Part shown: piece by piece, positions 56,342-64,000 of the stretch
Layout: every line of letters starts with the position of its first letter
How positions within the stretch are numbered: position 1 is the first letter of the stretch
From: Candidatus Omnitrophota bacterium
Lineage (GTDB): Bacteria; Omnitrophota; Gorgyraeia; JABMRN01; RBG-13-46-9
Direction of reading: 5' to 3'
DNA length: 64,000 bases
Assembly (NCBI GenBank): GCA_016782425.1
Contig: JADHYN010000003.1
Coordinates: 36,821 to 100,820 of the forward strand
The notes under the pieces: model-generated
What the model saw: only the letters and a program-made list of their open reading frames with translations
Databases searched by the model: none
What the model was told of the DNA's origin: nothing
Translations under genes and position numbers: made by a program

Positions 56342-56854
56342 TTATAACGAACTGTGTTTTCTGTAAAGCCGCAACTTCATAAACCCGATAAGCGTTGCCT
56401 TTGTAATATTTATCGGGTTTCTTGATCCGAGGCACTTTGTGAGTATATCTTTTATACCGAAGACTTCGCATAAGGCGCGCACCGCCCCCCCTGCTATTAC
56501 GCCTGTTCCGGGGCCCGCGGGTTTAAGCAATACATTCCCCGCCTTGAATTTCCCGATAACCTCATGCGGTATAGAGGTCCCTTTCATCTGGATAGTTACA
56601 AACGCCTTCTTCGCGTTGGCCATAGCCTTGGCGATTGCCGCGGAAATCTCATTGGCCTTTCCGAACCCTATGCCTGCGGTTCCTTTTCCATTACCGGCCA
56701 CCACAAGGACATTAAAAGAAAACCTTCGACCGCCCTTAACGACTTTGGACACCCTTCGTATGCTGACAACTTTTTCTACGAGGGCCTCCTTTTCTTCCCG
56801 CAGTCCGCCTTGCATCCTTGCTTTTCTTGCTTGTGATTTTGTTTTGTCAATCAT
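56342..56854 (-). CDS. rpsE: 30S ribosomal protein S5
   Basis: 170 aa with [16 protein letters not shown]15 follows 5 nt downstream, so no L30 gene lies between them. Confidence 0.95.
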   Translation of the reverse strand: MIDKTKSQARKARMQGGLREEKEALVEKVVSIRRVSKVVKGGRRFSFNVLVVAGNGKGTAGIGFGKANEISAAIAKAMANAKKAFVTIQMKGTSIPHEVIGKFKAGNVLLKPAGPGTGVIAGGAVRALCEVFGIKDILTKCLGSRNPINITKATLIGFMKLRLYRKHSSL

Positions 56855-56911
56855 TTTTAATCCTTAACCCCGTTAGATATTTCCCCGTCTAGACTTAAAT
56901 ATCTAACCGGG

Positions 56912-57268
56912 TCAAAATGCCAGTCCGTTCTTTCTTGCCGCTTCGGCAAATGCCTTTACCCGACCGTGATACAGGTAACCTGCCCTATCAAAAATTATTC
57001 TATTAAAACCCTTTTCCTTTGCCCTTTTGGCAAATTCCGCTCCGAGAAATTCGGCTGCTTTTATATTGCCGCCGTACGCAACCTTATTTTTTACCTCGGC
57101 CGTATTTGTTGAAAGAGAAAAGAGGGTCTGTCCTTTTAGGTCGTCGATGAGCTGTGCATACATGTTTTTGCTGCTCCTCCCGACACAGAGTCTTGGCTTG
57201 TCTTTGGTACCGATTAGTTTCTTCCGCAAAAGTTTATGTCTTCTTTTTCTACCCGTTACCTTTTTCAT
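56912..57268 (-). CDS. rplR: 50S ribosomal protein L18
   Basis: 118 aa with PRLCVGRSSKNMYAQLIDD. Confidence 0.95.
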   Translation of the reverse strand: MKKVTGRKRRHKLLRKKLIGTKDKPRLCVGRSSKNMYAQLIDDLKGQTLFSLSTNTAEVKNKVAYGGNIKAAEFLGAEFAKRAKEKGFNRIIFDRAGYLYHGRVKAFAEAARKNGLAF

Positions 57269-57804
57269 TTTGCCACTGTCTTTCCTGCTTTGTGCCTTAC
57301 ATATTCCCCGACATACCTTATGCCTTTTCCGGTGTACGGCTCGGGTTTAAAAAAATCTCTTATCTGGGCGGCTACCGCGCCGACTTTAACCTTATCCGTA
57401 CCCGCTACGACAATTTGGATGGGTTTTGGTGTGCTTACGCTGATACCCTCGGGTATAGCATATTTTACAGGATGGGAAAAGCCGAGCGTTATCTGCAAGG
57501 TGTTTCCCTGGGCCTGCGCTTTAAAACCCACGCCTTTTATTTCCAGTTCTTTTTTATATCCTTCGGTTACGCCTTTAATAAGGTTGAAGACGATGGTTCT
57601 TGTAAGCCCGCAGAGCGACAAATCTTCCTTAGACGATGAAGGCCTTTCAACGGCTATTCTATTGTCCTTTATTGTTATCTTGAACCTTTCGGGAAACCTG
57701 TGTTCCAACTTCCCCTTTGGGCCTTCGATATAAATAATATTACCTTTAACTTCGGCTTTTACGCCACTGGGTATATTAACAGGAATTTTACCAACGCGCG
57801 ACAT
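57265..57804 (-). CDS. rplF: 50S ribosomal protein L6
   Basis: 179 aa beginning MSRVGKIPVNIPSGV. Confidence 0.95.
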   Translation of the reverse strand: MSRVGKIPVNIPSGVKAEVKGNIIYIEGPKGKLEHRFPERFKITIKDNRIAVERPSSSKEDLSLCGLTRTIVFNLIKGVTEGYKKELEIKGVGFKAQAQGNTLQITLGFSHPVKYAIPEGISVSTPKPIQIVVAGTDKVKVGAVAAQIRDFFKPEPYTGKGIRYVGEYVRHKAGKTVAK

Positions 57805-57811
57805 TGTTCAC

Positions 57812-58210
57812 CTACCACACGTGACAGAGAATTTCTCCGCCGAGATTTTTTTCTTTTGCCTCTCTATCGGTCATGACGCCTTCCGGTGTTGAAATAAGGG
57901 CTATGCCGATTCCACCGTAGACACTTTTTATTTCCTTGCTTTTTATGTAAACCTTTCGCCCACTTTTTGAAATTCTTTTAAGGTCTGTCAGTGCCGGGGA
58001 GTTATCCTTTTCGTATTTGAGGTACACCTTTATAAGACCCTGCCGTTTATCATCAATGGTCTTATGGTTTGCGATAAAACCTTCCTTTTTTAAGATTTCA
58101 AGAATGCTTTCACTTAACCTTGACCTCTTGGCGATAACCGTTTGCTTGTGGGCCATAATCCCTGTTTTAAGTATCGCCAGCATGTCTGCAATCGGATCAG
58201 TTACGGACAT
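57812..58210 (-). CDS. rpsH: 30S ribosomal protein S8
   Basis: I set the start at ATG 58210 ([17 protein letters not shown]) with SD GAAGGA. The track extension to 58339 overlaps rpsZ and is rejected. Confidence 0.9.
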   Translation of the reverse strand: MSVTDPIADMLAILKTGIMAHKQTVIAKRSRLSESILEILKKEGFIANHKTIDDKRQGLIKVYLKYEKDNSPALTDLKRISKSGRKVYIKSKEIKSVYGGIGIALISTPEGVMTDREAKEKNLGGEILCHVW

Positions 58211-58223
58211 TTTTTCGTCCTTC

Positions 58224-58409
58224 CTACCAACTCGCTTTGACGACCCCCGGTATCTCGCCTCTGGATGCGAGCTCCCGGAAGCATATACGGCACAATTTGA
58301 ACCTGCGCATATATCCCCGTCGTCGGCCGCAAAGTTCACAGCGGTAATATTTTCTTGCTTTAAATTTTGGTTTTCGTTTTACTTTTTCAACAAGGCACTT
58401 TTTTGCCAC
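58224..58409 (-). CDS. rpsZ: 30S ribosomal protein S14, zinc-binding type Z (61 aa)
   Basis: I set the start at GTG 58409 ([17 protein letters not shown]...) with SD GAGGTG 5 nt upstream. It has [10 protein letters not shown]...CRIC. Confidence 0.9.
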   Translation of the reverse strand: MAKKCLVEKVKRKPKFKARKYYRCELCGRRRGYMRRFKLCRICFRELASRGEIPGVVKASW

Positions 58410-58413
58410 AATT

Positions 58414-58956
58414 TCACCTCTTAAACGGCATACCAAAAAACCTGAGGAGTTCAAAACTTTCTTCTTTTTTCGTCGTAGAAGTAACCAGCGTTATGTCCAT
58501 GCCGTGCACCATGGCGATTTTGTCTATCTCTATCTCCGGAAAAATACCCTGTTCGTCTATCCCGAAAGAGTAGTTTCCTTGTTTATCAAAGGAGTCGGCA
58601 GGAACACCCCTAAAATCCCTGATTCGGGGCAAGACAACGTTGATAAGCCTATCCAAGAATTCGTACATTCGCGCCCGCCGCAATGTCACCTTGCACCCCA
58701 CTGGGTAGTTTTTTCTAATCTTAAAACCTGCGATTGCCTTTTTTGCCCTGGTGGCAACAGGCCTTTGGCCTGTAATCTCGGCCATTTCCTTCATTACGCC
58801 ATCCAGGAGCTTTTTGTCCTGCACGGCTTCGCCGAGGCCCACGTTTACCACTACCTTTTTGATATGCGGAACTTCAAGGGTATTTTTAAACCCGAATTTC
58901 TCCATCATCTTCGGAACGATTTCCTTTTTGTATCTTTCAAACAGTCTCGGCGTCAT
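58414..58956 (-). CDS. rplE: 50S ribosomal protein L5
   Basis: 180 aa; L5 family. Confidence 0.95.
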   Translation of the reverse strand: MTPRLFERYKKEIVPKMMEKFGFKNTLEVPHIKKVVVNVGLGEAVQDKKLLDGVMKEMAEITGQRPVATRAKKAIAGFKIRKNYPVGCKVTLRRARMYEFLDRLINVVLPRIRDFRGVPADSFDKQGNYSFGIDEQGIFPEIEIDKIAMVHGMDITLVTSTTKKEESFELLRFFGMPFKR

Positions 58957-58958
58957 AA

Positions 58959-59270
58959 TCAGAATACCTCTTTACATCTTTTGCAAAAACGCGTTTTTGT
59001 TCCGTCTTTTAAAATATCGACACCGGTCTTTGTGGGTCCATTACACCCCTTGCAGAAAATTGCTAGGTTCGACAGATGAATCGAGGCCTCTTTTTGTACG
59101 ATTCCGCCCTTCTGGTCTTCCCTGGTACGCTTGGCGTGTTTCTTCACAAAGTTTATGCCTTCTACGATTGCTCTCTGGCGCCTTGGGATTACAAAGAGCA
59201 CTTTGCCGGTCTTTCCTTTGTCTTTACCGGCCAAGACACTGACCATGTCGTTTTTCGTAATATCCGACAT
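58959..59270 (-). CDS. rplX: 50S ribosomal protein L24 with CxxC...CxxC C-terminus
   Basis: 103 aa with a KOW motif (GKDKGKTGKV). The C-terminus reads FCKGCNGPTKTGVDILKDGTKTRFCKRCKEVF. Confidence 0.95.
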   Translation of the reverse strand: MSDITKNDMVSVLAGKDKGKTGKVLFVIPRRQRAIVEGINFVKKHAKRTREDQKGGIVQKEASIHLSNLAIFCKGCNGPTKTGVDILKDGTKTRFCKRCKEVF

Positions 59271-59272
59271 AA

Positions 59273-59641
59273 TTAAATAACCTCCGGCGCCAGCGAAACG
59301 ATTTTAAGGAAATTTTTTTCTCTTAATTCCCTTGCAACCGGGCCAAAAATCCTGGTTCCCTTGGGATTGTTTTGTGCATCAATTATGACGACCGCGTTTC
59401 GATCAAACTTCAAATACGATCCGTCCGTCCTTCTTATGGGCGCGGCGGTTCTGACGATAACCCCCCTTACCACCTCACCTTTTTTTATAGCTGCGTCGGG
59501 AGTGGCTTCCTTTATGTTACAGGTGATAATATCCCCGATGTCGGCACTCCTTCTTCCGGCGCGACCTAAGACGCCGATACAAGAGGCCCTCTTCGCCCCC
59601 GTGTTATCAGCAACGTCTAATTGTGTTTGCATTATTATCAT
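59273..59641 (-). CDS. rplN: 50S ribosomal protein L14
   Basis: 122 aa beginning [17 protein letters not shown]. Confidence 0.95.
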   Translation of the reverse strand: MIIMQTQLDVADNTGAKRASCIGVLGRAGRRSADIGDIITCNIKEATPDAAIKKGEVVRGVIVRTAAPIRRTDGSYLKFDRNAVVIIDAQNNPKGTRIFGPVARELREKNFLKIVSLAPEVI

Positions 59642-59650
59642 CGTAGATAC

Positions 59651-59917
59651 CTATTTCGCTTTTTCTATAATTTCTACAAGGCCCCAGCGCTTATTTTTTG
59701 AAAGGGGTCTTGATTCTCTTATTTTTACCATGTCCCCTTTTTTGGCTGAGTTTTTTTCGTCATGCGCTGTGAACTTGCTAAATCGTTTCATAATTTTTCT
59801 GAAGACGGGATGTACGGTTGTTCTACTGACACTGACGATGATGGTCTTGTCCATCTTGTCGCTCACCACGGTGCCGATCATCTCTTTCCGTTTGCGTATA
59901 TTCTTATTTTTCGGCAT
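59651..59917 (-). CDS. rpsQ: 30S ribosomal protein S17
   Basis: 88 aa with [16 protein letters not shown]. Confidence 0.95.
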   Translation of the reverse strand: MPKNKNIRKRKEMIGTVVSDKMDKTIIVSVSRTTVHPVFRKIMKRFSKFTAHDEKNSAKKGDMVKIRESRPLSKNKRWGLVEIIEKAK

Positions 59918-60107
59918 TCTCTTTCTCCCTCAAAATCGTATAGCAACGCGCAATTTCTCTTCGTGTCTGACGCATTTGATGCGGCTTTTCGACCCTGCCG
60001 CTTTTTTGTTCAAACCGGAACTTGAACAGTGCCTCCTTGAGCGAAATGAGCTTATTGTTGATTTCCGCGGCGGTCATATTTCGAATGTCGTTCGGTTTTA
60101 ACGCCAT
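59904..60107 (-). CDS. rpmC: 50S ribosomal protein L29
   Basis: 67 aa; L29 family. Confidence 0.9.
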   Translation of the reverse strand: MALKPNDIRNMTAAEINNKLISLKEALFKFRFEQKSGRVEKPHQMRQTRREIARCYTILREKENAEK

Positions 60108-60108
60108 A

Positions 60109-60522
60109 TCAATGTCCTCGCGTTATAAATTTTGTCTTTATCGGCAATTTATGCGCGGCAAGCCGCATCGAATCTTTCGCCAGATCGTGGGGTATCCCTT
60201 CCATTTCGAAGAGCACTCTTCCTTTTCTCACAACAGAGACCCAGTGTTCCGGAGCGCCTTTACCCTTACCCATCCTTGTCTCAGCGGGTTTCTTGGTAAC
60301 GGGTTTATCCGGGAATATCCGTATCCACACCTTACCGCCGCGCCGCGTATTTCTCATGAGGGCGACACGCGCAGCCTCGATCTGCTTGTCCTTGATCCAG
60401 CCGTTCCCCAGCGCCTTGAGGCCATATTCACCGAAGCTGAGCTCGGATCCTGCGAAACTTGTGCCTTTTCGTCTACCGCGTTGCGTCTTTCTGTATTTAA
60501 CGCGCTTTGGCATTAAAGCCAT
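60109..60522 (-). CDS. rplP: 50S ribosomal protein L16
   Basis: I set the start at ATG 60522 ([12 protein letters not shown]) with SD GAAGGAG 7 nt upstream. It overlaps the rpsC 3' end by 26 nt. The track extension to 60606 is rejected. Confidence 0.9.
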   Translation of the reverse strand: MALMPKRVKYRKTQRGRRKGTSFAGSELSFGEYGLKALGNGWIKDKQIEAARVALMRNTRRGGKVWIRIFPDKPVTKKPAETRMGKGKGAPEHWVSVVRKGRVLFEMEGIPHDLAKDSMRLAAHKLPIKTKFITRGH

Positions 60523-61186
60523 TTTTCGGCTCCTTCTTTTCTTTTTCCTCGTACATCGTAAACTTTTCGCCTTTATAAACCCAGACTTTGATGCCGATAA
60601 GACCATAGGTTGTATGGGCTTCCGTAAAGCCGTAATCTATATCGGCCCGCAACGTCTGAAGTGGGATTTTGCCGTATTTTACCGATTCTTTTCGTGCGAT
60701 TTCTGCGCCTCCGAGCCTTCCTGAAATCTTTATTCTTAGGCCTTCACACCCCGCATCCTTGGCCATCTGGAGGGACTTTTTCAGCACCCGCCTGAACGGA
60801 ATGCGTTTTTCAAGTTGCAAAGCGATGTTCTCGGCGACAAGCTGGGCTTCCATAGCGGGCTTTTTGATTTCTTTTATATCTATGAAAATCTGTTTTTCGC
60901 CGACCATGGATTGCAGTGTCTCTTTTAAGGCCTCGATTTCCACACCCTTGCGGCCGATTACGACGCCTGGTCGGGCGGTGTATATCAATACCCTTATCCT
61001 GTCTCCCGCTCTCTCTATTTCGATATTGGAAACTGCTCCGCTGGACAACTTGTTTTTTATGTACTTCTTTAGCTTTAGATCTTCGATTAGCTGGTGGTGG
61101 AAAATATCTTTTTTTGCAAACCACCTGGATTTCCAGTTCTTTGTTATCCCTACCCTGAACCCGTACGGATGTACTTTTTGCCCCAT
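60497..61186 (-). CDS. rpsC: 30S ribosomal protein S3
   Basis: 229 aa beginning [14 protein letters not shown]. Confidence 0.95.
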   Translation of the reverse strand: MGQKVHPYGFRVGITKNWKSRWFAKKDIFHHQLIEDLKLKKYIKNKLSSGAVSNIEIERAGDRIRVLIYTARPGVVIGRKGVEIEALKETLQSMVGEKQIFIDIKEIKKPAMEAQLVAENIALQLEKRIPFRRVLKKSLQMAKDAGCEGLRIKISGRLGGAEIARKESVKYGKIPLQTLRADIDYGFTEAHTTYGLIGIKVWVYKGEKFTMYEEKEKKEPKNGFNAKAR

Positions 61187-61188
61187 CG

Positions 61189-61587
61189 TTACTTTCCCAT
61201 CTTAACCGTTTTTTTGATTTTTGTTTTTTTTGTCTCTTGAACCGGTTTCTTCAAAGCCTCCAGCTCGACCAATACATGGCTTGTCCTTTTTCGTATTATG
61301 CCGGCCCGCCCCATCGACATGGCCCTGTACCTTTTGAGCGCCGGGCCAGAATTCACAATGACTTTCGAGATATACACATTCTCTTCCGTAAAATTTTTCT
61401 CCGGCAATCTTTTTGCGTTATTTATAGCCGACTCGATAACCCCTTTTAATACCAGAGCCCCCTTTTTATTGACATTAAATAAAATATACAGAGCCTCATC
61501 AGCCTTTTTCTTGTTAACGAGCCTGGCTATGGGCCTTAATTTTTTAGGCGAAATTTTTAAATATTTTTCTAGCGCTCTTGCTATCAT
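61189..61587 (-). CDS. rplV: 50S ribosomal protein L22
   Basis: 132 aa; L22 family. Confidence 0.9.
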   Translation of the reverse strand: MIARALEKYLKISPKKLRPIARLVNKKKADEALYILFNVNKKGALVLKGVIESAINNAKRLPEKNFTEENVYISKVIVNSGPALKRYRAMSMGRAGIIRKRTSHVLVELEALKKPVQETKKTKIKKTVKMGK

Positions 61588-61616
61588 TTTAATCCTTAAC
61601 GCGTTAAGAAGAACAC

Positions 61617-61901
61617 TTACGTTTTATCCAGCGAAACCTCTGTTGCGGTACCGTGCTTCCTAAAGAATCTTGTATGTGCGAATTCACCGAGCTTGTGACC
61701 AACCATGTTCTCTACTACAAACACGGGGATGAACTTTCTCCCGTTGTGGACCATAAACGTAAAGCCTACAAAATCCGGCGGTATGACCGAACGCCGCGCC
61801 CAGGTTTTTATGGGTTTCTTTTCTCGCTTTTTTTCAAGCTTTTGGACCTTAATCAGCAGCTTTTCGTCAACATATGGTCCTTTTTTTGTGGATCGCGACA
61901 T
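61617..61901 (-). CDS. rpsS: 30S ribosomal protein S19
   Basis: 94 aa beginning [15 protein letters not shown]. Confidence 0.95.
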   Translation of the reverse strand: MSRSTKKGPYVDEKLLIKVQKLEKKREKKPIKTWARRSVIPPDFVGFTFMVHNGRKFIPVFVVENMVGHKLGEFAHTRFFRKHGTATEVSLDKT

Positions 61902-61904
61902 GTA

Positions 61905-62729
61905 TTATTTTCTCCTCTTTAATATGTATTTATCAGAACGCTTCGCCTTTCTTGTTTTTAAACCCTTCGTTACCTTGCCCCACGGCGTAGTCGGATGCCT
62001 GCCACCAGAGGATTTACCCTCTCCTCCGCCCATTGGGTGGTCAACCGGGTTCTTTGCAACGCCCCTCGAGTAAGGTCTTATACCTAAATATCTCGACCTT
62101 CCTGCCTTGCCCAGAATAATCGTGTCATGTTCAATGTTGCCCACCTGGCCTATCGAAGCAAAGCAATCGAGTTTTACAAGTCGAACTTCGCCGCTTGGCA
62201 TCTTTACGTGGGCAAATCCTTTTTCCTTGGCTACCAGGATTGCAAGATTACCCGCGCTCCTGGCGATCTTGGCGCCCGCGCCCCTCTCTAACTCAATGTT
62301 GTAAACGGGTATGCCGAGGGGTATTTTTTCTAAGGGTAGTGCATTTCCCACTTTGATCTCGGTGTTATCCAAAGAGGAAATTACGCCGTCACCGAGTTTT
62401 AACCCGTCCGGGCATATAATATAGCGCTTTTCTCCGTCCTGATATTCCAAAAGGGCTATGCGGGCGGTCCTGTTTGGATCATACTCAATTGCTATCACCT
62501 TTGCCGGAATATCGTATTTATCCCTCTTAAAATCGATGATGCGCCATTTTCTCTTATGGCCACCGCCTCTGTGGCGAGAGGTTATCCTTCCGTAAACATT
62601 CCTACCCCCTGTTTTCCGCAGGGCCACGGTGAGGCTTTTTTCCGGAGAATCCTTCGTGATTTCCTCAAAGCTATAGCCGCTTCCCCATCTTCTCGCCGGC
62701 GTTCTTGGTTTATATTTTTTTATTCCCAT
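61905..62729 (-). CDS. rplB: 50S ribosomal protein L2
   Basis: 274 aa with GGGHKRKWR and HPMGGGEG. Confidence 0.95.
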   Translation of the reverse strand: MGIKKYKPRTPARRWGSGYSFEEITKDSPEKSLTVALRKTGGRNVYGRITSRHRGGGHKRKWRIIDFKRDKYDIPAKVIAIEYDPNRTARIALLEYQDGEKRYIICPDGLKLGDGVISSLDNTEIKVGNALPLEKIPLGIPVYNIELERGAGAKIARSAGNLAILVAKEKGFAHVKMPSGEVRLVKLDCFASIGQVGNIEHDTIILGKAGRSRYLGIRPYSRGVAKNPVDHPMGGGEGKSSGGRHPTTPWGKVTKGLKTRKAKRSDKYILKRRK

Positions 62730-63007
62730 TATACAATCTCTATCTTCTCGCCCTGCTTAAGCGTAACGATCGCCTTCTTCCAGTCGGAGGTTTTACCTTC
62801 CACGTATCGCACGCGTTTTTTTTTACCTTTTACGGCAGTCGTATTTACTTTTTCAACCTTGACCTTGTATATTTCTTGCACGGCGTTTTTAATCTCGATT
62901 TTATTGGCCTTTTTATCAACCCAAAAAAGGTACTTGTTGAGGGGCAATAAATTCGTGCCTTTTTCTGTTCTTACAGGGCTTATGATTACTGAGTGCGCAT
63001 CTTTCAT
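62729..63007 (-). CDS. rplW: 50S ribosomal protein L23
   Basis: 92 aa; L23 family. Confidence 0.9.
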   Translation of the reverse strand: MKDAHSVIISPVRTEKGTNLLPLNKYLFWVDKKANKIEIKNAVQEIYKVKVEKVNTTAVKGKKKRVRYVEGKTSDWKKAIVTLKQGEKIEIV

Positions 63008-63654
63008 TTTTTAACCTGTCTGTTAAGAGATTCCGCTGCGCCTTTGGTTATGACCACGCGCTCGCGGGATAAAACATCGAGCACCGTCGCTTCAGCTATT
63101 CTCTTTAGCGTAAGGTTTTTTATATTTCGACTTGCTAAAAACAAATTCCGGTCGATTTTTTCTACAAGAAAGAGAACACTTGTCTTTATGTTCAAACCCT
63201 TGATTATCCGTGCGATGTTCTTGGTTTTCGGGATTTCGGTAGATATGTCTTCAACGGCCAAAATTTGCCCGCTCCTTAACTTCGCATTTAGGCTGGATAT
63301 AAACGCATTTCTTTTTAATTTTTTCGGCAAACTGTAACTGAAATCGCGCGGATGCGGTCCGAATGCAATACCGCCGCCTCGCCAGAGGGGGTTTCTTATT
63401 GACCCGAACCTTGCCCTTCCGGTTCCTTTTTGCCGCCACGGTTTTTTGCCTCCGCCTCGGACATCGCCTCTGGTTTTTGTGCTTGCCGTGCCCTTTCGCT
63501 GGTTGGCCCTATACATCAGAATCGACTGATATAGAAGCGCCTCGTTTGGCTTGCCGTCAAAAACGCTTTTATCTAACTCCAGGGACTCTACCTTATTACC
63601 CTTTGAGTTAAATAGAGGGATTTTATTTATACCTTGGCTACTTTGTTTTTTCAT
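63004..63654 (-). CDS. rplD: 50S ribosomal protein L4
   Basis: 216 aa with RGGGKKPWRQKGTGRAR. Confidence 0.95.
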   Translation of the reverse strand: MKKQSSQGINKIPLFNSKGNKVESLELDKSVFDGKPNEALLYQSILMYRANQRKGTASTKTRGDVRGGGKKPWRQKGTGRARFGSIRNPLWRGGGIAFGPHPRDFSYSLPKKLKRNAFISSLNAKLRSGQILAVEDISTEIPKTKNIARIIKGLNIKTSVLFLVEKIDRNLFLASRNIKNLTLKRIAEATVLDVLSRERVVITKGAAESLNRQVKK

Positions 63655-64000
63655 CTTTCTTTTCTTCGGTGCCGGGCACTCTTTTTGATTTCTTCTTTTT
63701 CGCGTGTCTTATAAATAAAAACGAGCCTTTATGCCCTGGCACGCTACCCTTTACGGTTAAAAGGCTTTTATCTCGCTCTACGCCCATAACTTCAAGGCTT
63801 TGCATGGTTTTTTTAACCGCGCCCATGTGCCCCGGCATATGTTGGCCTTTAAATACGCGGGAAGGATCAGAGCTTCCTCCAATAGAGCCCGGCGCTCTGT
63901 GGTGCATGGAACCGTGTCCACTTTCCCCACCGCTCCAGTGCCACCTCTTGAGGCCGCCTTGAAAACCTTTTCCGATGGTCGTGCCAGTAACATCTACGTA
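63638..64000 (-). CDS. rplC: 50S ribosomal protein L3, C-terminal part (gene continues beyond the window end)
   Basis: The frame is open to the window edge and reads ...HRAPGSIGGSSDPSRVFKGQHMPGHMG..., with a Lys-rich tail. Confidence 0.9.
   Translation of the reverse strand, partial: YVDVTGTTIGKGFQGGLKRWHWSGGESGHGSMHHRAPGSIGGSSDPSRVFKGQHMPGHMGAVKKTMQSLEVMGVERDKSLLTVKGSVPGHKGSFLFIRHAKKKKSKRVPGTEEKKDEKTK

Noticed and set aside
55890-56471. N-terminal extensions of the track ORFs for rplO (to 56471), rpsH (to 58339), rpsZ (to 58454), rplP (to 60606), marR (to 35902) and the glycine-zipper protein (to 2368).
   Set aside because: The extensions run into the preceding gene or through promoter/operator signals. 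Internal starts give canonical N-termini and have SD sequences at proper spacing.
58959-59270. The CxxC...CxxC zinc-ribbon-like C-terminus of L24 as a novel feature.
   Set aside because: As far as I recall, Thermus-type L24 proteins carry the same pair of CxxC knuckles at the homologous positions. This is probably a known, patchily distributed variant. I record it in the feature evidence only.

Overview
This is a 64-kb, almost gap-free chromosomal segment. Every supportable gene lies on the minus strand: about 85 CDS and one tRNA, many abutting or overlapping by 1-26 nt. In minus-strand transcription order (high to low coordinates) the window holds: the S10/spc/alpha ribosomal-protein superoperon (rplC partial through rplQ, with secY-adk-map-infA-rpmJ and rpoA); an operon of two aminotransferases, a LeuCD-type hydro-lyase, isocitrate dehydrogenase and malate dehydrogenase; a glycolipid/acyltransferase set; pcm; cobO followed by a promoter, cobalamin riboswitch and terminator that control a TonB-dependent receptor and TonB; a MarR-TolC-RND efflux operon with a clear operator palindrome but no adaptor gene; an M16 peptidase; Memo, patatin and rmuC genes; aroQ-pepP-efp-accBC; a predicted PPi-type phosphofructokinase; heptose (gmhA/hldC) and thiamine (thiD2-like/thiE/thiC) genes; tRNA-Gly(CCC); a LysM/M23 lipoprotein; a seven-gene block of nucleotide and nucleic-acid enzymes (ATPase-DUF234-like, YfcE, HIT, Dgt, GAF-HD-GYP, an unknown membrane protein, and a UvrD-Cas4-type helicase-nuclease); small secreted proteins; GTP-PEPCK; and the start of aroB. 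I found no transposase, integrase, CRISPR array or rRNA. The gene content (diderm envelope genes, a PVC-type small basic protein, PPi-PFK) suggests an uncultivated PVC/Omnitrophota-like bacterium, but that is inference only. I see no unambiguous novel multi-gene system. The best candidates for follow-up are: the structured 266-nt spacer after tRNA-Gly; the nucleotide-centred block at 4791-13965; two exported proteins whose signal peptides lie upstream of any canonical start codon; the ThiD2/ThiE split at an A6 run; and the IDH plus LeuCD-type operon. All coordinates and motifs were read by eye. No database search or folding calculation was possible.
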